Shown here: piece by piece, positions 44,801 through 56,800 of the stretch
Layout of the letters: the number at the start of each line of letters is the position of its first letter
How positions within the stretch are numbered: the first letter of the stretch is position 1
Assembly (NCBI GenBank): GCA_002633005.1
Contig: NMRA01000262.1
Location: 322,298-386,297 of the forward strand
DNA from: Phoronis australis
Taxonomy: Eukaryota > Animalia > Phoronida
DNA: 64,000 nt
Direction of reading: 5' to 3'
Program-made: the position numbers and the translations under genes
Notes under the pieces: model-generated
Databases searched by the model: none
The model's input: the letters and a program-made list of their open reading frames with translations, nothing else
What the model was told of the DNA's origin: nothing

Positions 44801-47800
44801 TCTGTAGTCAGACTCTTTCTAGCACTTGCAGGGAAGTGGATATTTTGGGGAGAAAATTGTCAAATTTGGCGTTTTTTGCAAATAGTTTTGTGTGCCGGAA
44901 TTTTCTTGCCAATCAGAAATCTGTACAGTTCGGTAGAGTTTTAAACGGGCTTTCATAAGATATTTTTAATTTCTCGCTAGTCGTCATGATCGTCGTCGTC
45001 GTCCTTCCCATCGTCCTCTGTTCGTGTAATTTCGCCAAGTGACGCTCCTCCGAGCGCTCTCGTTTTTTATGTTTGCCTCTGTAACTCCAGAGTTCCTTGA
45101 TGCTTTTCCATGAAATTGGGCAAACAAATTTCTGTTATGAAGATGACAGCAGCTTTCCTTGTTGTGATGGCCGGATTCTGCAACAACTAGTTTTCATAAT
45201 TTTTTAGTCTGTTTTTTGTCGTTTGCTGTATCTTCCAAAATGCGCAGGCAGACAGGCGCTAGTCGGATATAATGGACCCTAACTTATTCCAAATAAATCC
45301 ACTAAATGTAGGTCTAAATGAATGTTTTTGGTATCCTTGCATTCCTCAGACATCTGGCTATCCATACAAATCCTTTTCACGACCCTCAATTACTCTAGTC
45401 TATAACTACGCTATTCCGAACTCGGTCCAATTTAGCCACGTGCATCGTGAAATCGTCAGCCATTTCATGGAACTTACTATATCTAGCGCTATCTATCAGC
45501 GATTTGCTACAACGCGCTGTTCCTTTTACATCAGTCAACGTCATTGGTCGATTTCGTCAATTATTAATGTCATTGTTATTATAATCATCGTACGACTGCT
45601 CTCGTCATCTGCACTTTCGTCGTCTCTCTCATGATCGTATCTGTCATCGTCATGTTATCGTTGTCCATGTTGACTGATGAAAAAGGAACAGCGCATGTTG
45701 TAGCAAATTGCCAATAGATGGCGCTAGATATAGTAAGTTCCCTGAAATGGCTGCCGATTTCACGATGCGCGTGGCTAAAGTGGGCCGAGTTCGGAATAGC
45801 GTAGCTATAGACTAGAGTAATTGAGGGTCGTGAAAAGGATTTGTACGGATAGCCAGATGTCTGAGGAATGCAACGATACCAAAATCATTCATTTAGACCT
45901 GCATTTAGTGGATTTATTTGGAATAAGTTAGGGTCTATTATATCTGACTAGTGCCGACAGTCATTATGAAAATTGGCAATTGTGTTCCTACTGACAAGAG
46001 CATGACTGATGGGGATTTTCAAATGCATCTAACTACATTGTCATCTAGGGCTGTTTCTCCTAAACCCCTTGGAAGATGTTTTTAAAATTTTGTAGTTGCA
46101 TTCCTATGAACTTGACAGCAGTCACTGTGGTTCATATGGCAGTTTGTTTCTTCAAGTTTGTCTTTTTATCTTTGGAGTTCTTTTACAGATTTTCATAAAC
46201 TTTGGAAAACAATTTCGAGAAACAACAACACAATCCCATTTTTGGATGGTTTCAATGTATTGTGAGCCACCTATTGGTCAATTTTATGATACAAATAAAC
46301 ACCCCCAGAAGAGCACCATTTGCGGTGCAGTCTTGGGTGCATTCCAATCCTCTGCTTTGTTCTTTGTTTCTGTTGACAAAAGATAATTATTTTAATTTTC
46401 AAAAATTTGAGATTTCCGTCCCTTATTGCCATTTATTTTTTATGTGTTACCCAATGAGAATCTGATAAATATAATTGGCAGAATTTCCTTTTCTCATTTT
46501 TTCAAAAAGTTTGTGAATGTCCTTAATTTGCCAACATATTGTATGATAGTAGCTGCTGTGTATGGATTTTGAAAATGGTTCACAATGACTTCCATTAGTG
46601 CTTGTGGCTTATGGTTTTACAAGAAAATAATTCTTCGTTTTTCTGCCATGTGGCTAAAATTAGAAAGACTTTCTGGTAATAGTTTGAGATTTTCGAATTC
46701 GTCAAAACGGAAAATTGTTAGCTTGACTATTTTGTCTTTTATTGATGTCTTTAAAAATTTCATTAAATTATTTGAGTACAGTTTTTGGCCAGGATTTGCT
46801 CTGCACTTTTAGAATATTTACATTAAGCGTGTTTTTGAGTGTTCATAACAGTTCACCTTTTGCATGAGGTTAATTGCAGTTGTTTAATTGGGAATACAAG
46901 TATTCATTATCAGGCCCCACTCATTACGGCGTTTTCCCTTTGCTCCCAACTTGTTCAATTCTGTAGCCCAACAATAAGTTGGGAAGTTTACCCTTGTATA
47001 GCCAATATCTTACACGACTGATTAACTCCATTCTGGCTTTCATGATTGGAGGGCCAGCTCTCTTTTGTTCGATAATTGCTCTAATCTTGAATAATCGTAC
47101 CTAGCCTGACTGCGCTTTGCTGTTCAAAATAAAAGTTAAGTTATACCGTATTTGAACATAAACCAATAGCATCTCTGAAATCCTCGTCAAATGGTGATCA
47201 TGTTTAGTTTTTGAATCGCCAAAATTGCCCAACTGCAACAGAAGTTACGATAATCTATTCTTTCTGAATGTACCAATTCACTCTGGGTTTGACGGTGTTC
47301 ACATGTGGTCTGTAATAAGCCTGGTAGATAATTAGCGTGCCTGTTATCATAACAGATAAAAGACTGTGCTTGGCAGTTAACAAAGAAGTTAGATATTATC
47401 ACATGCTCAGAACCCCCTTCGTCTGGTAAAGTCACTGAACGGGAAAACGCTTTCATGTGATCGACCACCCTGTATCTGCGCTCTTGCTGTAAATGTGTCT
47501 ACAATATAATATTATTCCCCAAGGTTGTGCTTTTTCATCCTTTGACACATATCTTATTGAGAGTGTAAGGCAAAAACTGCAATACAATGCTTCCAAACAC
47601 AAATGTTTCACATTTTTTCAGTATCATCGGTGTTGTTCAGATGGTGAACAAGTTGAACGGAACGTTTACAAAGAGCGATGAGGAGTCATTTGAAACATTT
47701 GCAGTATATTGTGGCCTGGCACTGCATCATGCAAAGGTAAGTTAATTTCAACACCTTCTGCCGTTAGGTGTCAGGTAAAACAACTGAACTTTTGTTGTCA

Positions 47801-50800
47801 AGTGGAACTACTTGGTCTAAATTGATACAAACTAGGTTGTTTTTGGGTGGCATTCTCCTTTAAGACTACTTTTATGATGGCCTAAAATCAGAACTTAAAG
47901 CCTAACTTCAAGGGAATTTTGTTATTTAATATATATTGAGTTAACCAGACAGTCCTAGCACAGCCTTAGCAAAATAAGAAAGCGTGAGTTTAATCACTAA
48001 AACGTAGGCCCGTCAAATGATTAGTGAAGTTGTCGTTTCTTGCCATATAGCGTCACCACGAGAACCCAGCACATTAAACAGCAAAAGGCTGATAACAGTT
48101 GCATTGAATAGAGGTCTGAATAGAAAACATTGAGTATCTGTGTTATTCGCAGCTGTTTAAATTAAAATTAGGCAATTGTTTTGGTGACGTAAAAAGCATT
48201 TGCCAATAACCCAAACAGCTTATTACATTTGGCACTTAAAAGCGATGCTCTTAACATAGTCAGAACCAAGTTTACTGGTGTTACTGTTCAAGATGGGCTT
48301 TAATGTCATTCAAAGGATGTAGCTAATTACTACTTGCAAATTTTAAGACCTTAAAAATAAGCTTATTTGAATTTTCACCTTGAAACTGTAGACAAACTTA
48401 CCAACTAAGATTTTATCAGTGAGAATCTTTTCCAGTTGTCTTCTTAGTTGGCTATTACTAAACATCATGCTGGGTAAGATTCTTGCATTAGAGTTCAAGT
48501 TTCACCGAATCAGATTTGCGGATTTTTTCACTGCCTATGGTTCAATCCTGCATGTTTGAGCCATCAGGATTAGACGCAAATTTTCAAGATTGATAAAATC
48601 TAAAACATTTTTGCAAATTCTGACTTTGTGTGTTTGGCAGAGGCTGTTCAATAGATTCAAGAAACTCTTGAGAAAAACTAAATGTAGCCGTGAAAGGCAG
48701 CGGAATGGATTGATTGGTTGCTCTAAGACTTCATATTGGGAATGGATTGATTGGTTGCACTAAGACTTCATATTGCTTTAATTCATACCCATTTGTAGTT
48801 ATATGACAAAATCAGGAGATCGGAGCAAAAGTACAAGGTAGCTTGCTTTAATTCATACCCATTTGTAGTTATATGACAAAATCAGGAGATCAGAGCAAAA
48901 GTACAAGGTAGCTTGCTTTAATTCATACCCATTTGTAGTTATATGACAAAATCAGGAGATCAGAGCAAAAGTACAAGGTAGCTTGCTTTAATTCATACCC
49001 ATTTGTAGTTATATGACAAAATCAGGAGATCGGAGCAAAAGTACAAGGTAGCTCTAGAAGTGCTCTCTTATCACAGTCAATGCAGTGAGCAAGAAGTGGA
49101 AAGATTAAAAGACAGGGTAATCAGTGCACCTGTTGAAGATTTCACCAGGTAAGGTCACCTGTGCATACAGAGTAATTGGAGAAAATACTGCTTCTTCCTG
49201 ACAACTTGTAGTGACTGGTCATTCTAGCTTTGATGATGAATTCTGGTTGTTGTAGTGACTGGTCATTCTAGCTTTGATGATGAATTCTGGTTGTTGTAGT
49301 GACTGGTCATTCTAGCTTTGATGATGAATTCTGGTTGTTGTAGTGACTGGTCATTCTAGCTTCTTTGATGATGAATTCTGGTTGTTGTAGTGACTGGTTA
49401 TTCTAGCTTCTTTGATGATGAATTCTGGTTGTTGTAGTGACTGGTTATTCTAGCTTCTTTGATGATGAATTCTGGTTGTTGTAGTGACTGGTCATTCTAG
49501 CTTCTTTGATGATGATTTCTGGTTGTGTTCAGCCCTCATCATGGGGAATTTTGAGTTATTTTGTTTGACTATTATTGGCGTGTACTATGCAACAAAATTT
49601 GTAAAGTTTTTGTATGTTTAAGAAACAGACATGAGCTCTACCATACTTAAAATGCTGATTCACTTGTTGGCAATTTTTGATGTCAAAAACATTTTGGTAG
49701 CACCTGGTCGCCATTTTAGTTTTTGTCAGAGTTTATCTGAGGTGCATTCCATAGATGCAAGAACCTCATAAAAAGTCAAGACCTGATGCACGACCACTTA
49801 AAATCACCCATAACTCATAAGTGAAACGCAGGTGCTCCATGAGTTTGCTGTTCCTTACCAGCATACGCTAGCAAAATGTCATCCCTTGTCCACTGATTAT
49901 TGTCAAAATGGCCAGACAGATTTTTGATGGACCTTGACAGAGAGGTTTTATGACTGTGAGAAGCACCAGCCCAGTAAAGTTTGATGGCAAAATTACTGTA
50001 CTTAAGTAACATGAAACGTAATGTCACTCAGACTTTTGTGCAGTGTTTGAATAAATGTGCTGGCCCACCGGTCCAATGTGTCTGACCCAGCTGCCAAGTT
50101 GCTGGCCCTGCTTTTAGCTTCCTATCTACGTTTTTGTCCATCTTTCCTGTACACTAAATGTGCATGTGCGTATGAACCCCATTTTTTTCAGTAACTCTAG
50201 GTGAGGAGTTGTTGGTATGAACACCATGTAAGCTGTGGTTATTAAAATAAAAGTCTTTAACTGGATTTAACCAATATATTTTTGCAAAACACATTTCTCA
50301 CTGCACAGAACTCTAGGCTAAAGTTCTATCAATAAACAATTTAGTGAATGGGGGGATCACTCATATATATTGCTCACAAGGTTCAAACTCGTTAGCATTG
50401 AATTAATTGGTTATGAAATCACATCCACATATATAAAAGGGCCTATATGTGAAAGTTTGCTGGCCCAGCCACAAATCCACTGGCCTCGGATCACCGGGTA
50501 TTTCGAATGCTGCTTATTTGTAAAAATGATCTTCATAAATGTATGTTTCCCATTCCAGGTACGATTTTTCACCATGGGCAATTGACAATGATGAGAAGCC
50601 ACTGTATGTGATAAAGATGTTCAAGGCGCTCTTTGATGCCAGTACTAAGTATAGGTAGGAGATAGTTGATAGTGATTGTCAAGTGTAATACAAGCTTAGT
50701 GTGACACATGTCTGCTGCAGGAATCTTTGGATTCTGCAGTGCAGTTCTTCCTGTTCAAAATAAAGCTGCATATCGCTCTGTTTAGCTGGATAAAAACTAA

Positions 50801-53800
50801 AATTGAATTAGGCTTTTTAGTATAGTAAAATTAATCTTGTAATGTCACCTAGCATGATGTGATTCAGCTTGCATTCCCGACACAAAGCATCAGTTGTGTC
50901 AACGACTCAAGCAATGGCTCAGAGTTTAGGGTCGGCCAACCCTCAAGTTTGAAAGTTGTGCATGTACCCATTGCCTGTGACTCGTGCTGGTAATAGAAAC
51001 TATACGAATTCTATCATGCTGACGAGTGTCATGAGATTGTTTTAATAGGAGTATGTCAGGTCTAATTAGATTTTTGTTTTTGCCAGCTTAAAAGAGGGTG
51101 AAATGCCACTAAAAGTCTTTGAAGTGATATTATTGCGCTGAAGTAAAATTTGTGCATGGAATCATAAGAATATCACCTGTTTGATTAAGAATTAGCCAAT
51201 ATTACTTTCCTTGTATTTATTGATTTGATAAGTATTTTTTGCAATTTAAAAAAATCTATAGTGAGTTTTTACTATTTTGTGGCTGTCCAAATGCCAAAAG
51301 AGCTAGACACACACAGTGATATTTCCATATTTTATATGTCCATTAAGGTATGATCAAGAGACTCTGGTCAAGTTCACGCTGACAATACGCAAGAACTACC
51401 GCACCGTGCCATATCACAATTGGGCTCATGCCTTCTCAGTGGCACATGCTATGTTCACAGTCATCAGGACCACCAAGAATGACTTCACACCTTTAGAGGT
51501 AGGAGTGAACACCAAGCTGCAGAGTTCATGTTACTTTTTAAATATAGACAAAATCTCATTTTGTGCAAGGTTTAAGATAAATGTCATGATCATTTAGGGT
51601 GTTTAAAATTTAAATAAACATCCACTTCTCAGCCTGGCGAGATGGGTGAAGATTGTGTAAACTTTTCTCAAAATTATGACAGAAATAGACTACAAAATCA
51701 GGTGATCAATTTTGTTTAAAAGTATTGACGATTTCAATAAAAAATGATATTTAGTTGTTAAGTCTTTTAAAACATCAGAGTTTGGTCAATATGTCTTGCA
51801 AATATTGACCCTGTTAGATGGTTCAAGTGCCCAACTACAAGTTAGAACAGATTAAATTTTTAGTACAATTTGTCTTTTCCTTAAAATAATTCTAACTAAA
51901 ATGAGACTTGTTAATGTTCATAAAAGACTGGTCTGTTTTAAAGTGGCGCTAAACTCATGCATTTTGTCAAAAAACAACGAAATTTTGATGTGATCTCTGG
52001 AAAGCCCTGCATGTGGTGACTTCTTCAGACTTTAAGCTATAGTCAGGTCACACACGACCTGCAGTTCCTTCATAACATTTTAGGTCACACACGACCTGCA
52101 GTTCCTTCATAACATTTCAGGTCACACACGACCTGCAGTTCCTTCATAACAATTCAGGTCACACACGACCTGCAGTTCCTTCATAACATTTCAGGTCACA
52201 CACGACCTGCAGTTCCTTCATAACATTTCAGGTCACACACGACCTGCAGTTCCTTCATAACATTTCAGGTCACACACGACCTGCAGTTCCTTCATAACAT
52301 TTCAGGTCACACACAACCTGCAGTTCCTTCATAACATTTCAGGTCACACACGACCTGCAGATCCTTCATAACATTTCAAGTCACACACGACATGCAGTTC
52401 CTTCATAACATTTCAGGTCACACATGACCTGCAGATCCTTCATAACATTTCAGGTCACACACGACCTGCAGATCCTTCATAACATTTGAAGTCACACACG
52501 ACCTGCAGTCCCTTCATAACATTTCAGGTCACACACGACCTGCAGATCCTTCATAACATTTCAGGTCACACACGACCTGCAGTTCCTTCATAACATTTCA
52601 GGTCACACACGACCTGCAGTTTCTTCATAACATTTCAGGTCACACACGACATGCGGTTCCTTCCTTTCATTTCAGGTCACACACGACCTGCAATTCTTTC
52701 ATAACATTTCAGGTCACACACGACCTGCAGTTCCTTCATAACATTTCAGGTCACACACGACCTTCCGGTTCCTTCATAACATTTCAGGTCACACACGACC
52801 TGCAGTTCCTTCATAACATTTCAGGTCACACACGACCTGCAGTTCCTTCATAACATTTTCAGGTCACACACGACTTGCAGTTCCTTTATAACATTTCAGG
52901 TCACGCACGACATGCGGTTCCTTTAACATTTCAGGTCACATACGACATGCGATTCCTTCATAACATTTCAGGTCACATACGACCTGCGGTTCCTTCATTA
53001 CATTTCAGGTCACTCACGGCCTGCGGTTCTTTCATAACATTTCAGGTCACAGACGACCTGCGGTTCCTTCATAACATTTCAGGTCACACACAACCTGCGG
53101 TTCCTTCATAACATTTCAAGTCTCACACGAAGTGCAGTTCCTTCATAACATTTCAGGTCACACACAACCTGCGGTTCCTTCATAACATTTCAGGTCACAC
53201 ACCACCTGCAGTTCCTTCCAATCCCACAAATCACACCTATTTTGACCAAGGAACGTTAACTTTACATCTATGTCATGATACTATGTGATTGAAATCAAAA
53301 CTGTTTTTGACAGCTGTGTATTGTTGTTTTTAATACTTGTGATGTCTATCACTGATTCAATATGATCTTCGATCAGTGTCACAATGAATAATGGGCCTAT
53401 GCATTTGGTAAGGGCAATCTCAGCTAGTCATGTTTTTGTTATTATAGCAGTCAAGGAACTATAGTGCCCGCTGAACGCTACTCTAATTTATTGTTCCCGT
53501 TTGTCAATTTACTGGAGAAACAAAAAGTCAAGATGTGGGCATTAAATGAAATGCAGCAAAATTGGGTTATGTGAGATTTCAGTTTGAACATGGAAATTCA
53601 ACCTAACCTGAAAATACGGTATTGTGGACCAAGTGCATCAATCCTACGCAAAATCAACGTCGTAATTGTTTGAGGTTTTCTGTTCTAATCTAGTACGCTT
53701 TGCCTTATACATGGATGACAGTTGTTTCATCCTGGTTTGTACTTGATGTCCCAGACATTAAAGTTATCAGATGAGTATGAACTCATAGTCTCCCTTAAAA

Positions 53801-56800
53801 TCTGAAGTTTTGAGTTGTCTCAGACTAGCTCAAATCTAATGGCCATCATGTAAAAACATGATCACATAATATAAAAAATAGAAGCTTATTCTAAATTTGG
53901 AATACTAATCTCAAAAATACTTTCAAATTCAATTTTCAAGATTCCATGTCCTGAAATTCATTTTACTTTCTTTTGCCTTACGCTAGAGCCTGGTGTTGTT
54001 CGTTGCCTGTCTCTGTCATGACCTGGATCACCGTGGCAAGACCAACGCGTTCATGGTAAAGAGTGCCTCCCCTCTGGCCGCCATTTACTCTACATCGACT
54101 ATGGAGCACCATCATTTCAACCAAACTGTCTCAATACTACAGCAGGATGGCCACAATGTGTTCCGATACTTGTCACCTCAAGAGTACAAGCAGGTCAGTG
54201 GATGGTTTTCTGTCTGTGATACTGCAGGGTAGCCAGGGGTGTGTTCCACAGTGCGAAACACTCAACTGGTCGCTTGCAGCCAAAATATTTGGCTTGTGTG
54301 AATTTCTCCATTTTTCTGGGCTATGCTAGTAAGGTTGTGAGCTTTCTCTCAACACACTTGCCTTTCATCTTGTCAAGCTTTCAATTAGAATCTTATTTCT
54401 AAGGAATGCACCTTGGTCTTCCTCTCTTGTGGCCATTAGAGCATTCTCATCACTATTGTACTTTTTCATGAATAAACTTCTTTTACCACAGGTTGTATTT
54501 ACATTCCCACACATTGCAATTCTTTTCTTAAAAATATATTTTTGCAATGTACGAATTTCAGTTCAAACTCTTGAACGAGCAAGAGTTAGGAAATGTGCTT
54601 TTAACTTAAAACTGTTGAAATGTATCAATACTGTGTAACAATACTGTGTAACAATACTGTGTATGTATATGTATCAATACTGTGTATCTGTATGTATCAA
54701 TACTGTGTATCTATATGTATCAGTACTGTGTATCTATAGTACATGAGGAAAAATGTGCTCTGCAGAATGCTTAATATGACTTTTGAGAAAAACATCATTT
54801 TCAGATTTATTCAAACTGACTGTGGAAAAAATAATAATTCTTAATCCTATTTTTCAAAGGCTCCCTGCTTAGAAATTTCATCATTGTATAATTTGCTTAC
54901 TGTTATTCTGTACAAGACAAGCCAACAGCAAAGAAAATAAACTTTTCTGTAATGTTATTTTTTGATGATTAATGTGTCCAAAGGGAAATTAACTTGCTTG
55001 CCATACTGTGTTCCAAATTAAAGACTACTGTATTCAAACAAAAATAATGACCAACATTGTCTTTTTTCGTTTTTCAAATGCTCACTGTATTGCCAAAATG
55101 TTAAAAGTTTCATACTAATATATAGTTTTCAAATTATCAATAATTGTGTTTGGACACTCTCGTTGCAAATTTTACTAAACTTTTGATAAAATGAAAGTTT
55201 AACTGTTCTGCAACATTGTTTTCTAATTTGAAGAAACTTCATATTCTCTTCTATTGTAAAAATCACGCCTGCTCCAAACTAGAAGAAACTAAATGTTTGC
55301 AACAGCAAATCAAACTGAGGGTCATATAGTTGAAGTTCCTGGACCAGTTCATATACTTTTGGTTGCAGTGTTCGCAGAGTTGGAAATGTTAAATAACTTT
55401 GTAAACTTTCCTTCTCTTCACCCCATTGTTTGTATGCCTTTAAGATAGCGAAATCATTTACAAAATTTTCAAGTAAAGTAAAGATTTTATTTTTACCTTA
55501 TGCATGCTTTGACAAGAGAAAACTGGACAGTGCTCCTAAAATCATAAAAATATGTTGGTTAAATTCAGAATTGGTCAATTCAGTTTTGTTTCTTACTATG
55601 AAGAATGAGCTTGTTTGCAAAGTCTCTGGTGGCATTTTTATTGTCCATCTTTCCAGAGAGAATATTATTTCACGACTATATAGCTATTCTCTAACACTGT
55701 ATTGTACCACAATTCTCCTACACTGTGCTGTACCACTATTCTCCTACACTGTGCTGTACCACTATTCTCCTACACTGTGCTGTACCACTATTCTCCTACA
55801 CTGTATTCTCCTACACTGTGTTGTACCACTGTTTTCCTACATTGTGCTGTACCACAATTCTCCTACACTGTGTTGTACCACTGTTTTCCTACATTGTGCT
55901 GTACCACTATTCTCCTACACTGTGCTGTACCACTATTCTCTAACACTGTGCTGTACCACTATTCTCCTACACTGTATTCTCCTACACTGTATTCTCCTAC
56001 ACTGTGTTGTACCACTATTCTCTAACACTGTGCTGTACCACTATTCTCTAACACTGTGCTGTACCACTATTCTCCTACACTGTATTCTCCTACACTGTGT
56101 TGTACCACTATTGTCTAACACTGTGCTGTACCACTATTCTCTAACACTGTGCTGTACCACTATTCTCCTACACTGTATTCTACACTGTATTCTCCTACAC
56201 TGTGTTGTACCACTATTCTCTAACACTGTGCTGTACCACTATTCTCTAACACTGTGCTGTACCACTATTCTCCTACACTGTATTCTCCTACACTGTATTC
56301 TCCTACACTGTGTTGTACCACTATTCTCTTACGCTGTCTTGTACCATGACTATTCTAGTAATAATAAACAATCTATTCACACCAACCCCTGGTCTCCTTT
56401 TCATCTCATGCGATGCATGATTTTTATCTGGTCCAGGTGTCATGAATGAAATAGTAAGTGTAAGCATTATAATTACAGAGAGTGTACACTACCATAATTC
56501 AACTCCCCATTTCTACAGGAGTTTTCATTGGTAGTCCATGGATATTCCTTATTGAAATTTAAAATATGTTTACTCTGAAAAATGAGAATGCTTTTGTTTA
56601 TTTTCAGGCACTTGGAAAAATCAAAGAGTGTATCTTAGCAACAGACCTGGCCTTATTCTTTGGGAACAGAGCAAAACTTAAGGAACTTGTTGATCAAAAG
56701 AAATTTGACCCTACAATACTGAATCACAGGTAAAAAAACAGCTGCAATTTAAAGTGTTAAGACATGCAATTAACCCACTTACTATCGCACTCATCTGATT

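Larger units (their letters stand above)
41483..46360 (+). mobile_element. Helentron/HINE-like degenerate element interrupted by younger insertions
   Basis: 5' inverted repeat CCCAC/GTGGG after a T-run, recurring 'GATTTT.AT.AAATTTGGCA' modules on both sides of the insertions, GC hairpin near 46300-46340. Confidence 0.45.

Noticed and set aside
52043-53217. CRISPR-like array (37-bp palindromic repeats)
   Set aside because: Repeats are directly adjacent with no unique spacers, there are no cas genes, and the context is a eukaryotic intron.
55430-56449. 339-aa Cys/His/Leu-rich ORF, the longest in the track
   Set aside because: Mostly translation of a 26/15-bp compound minisatellite inside intron 19; open in several frames, no domain.
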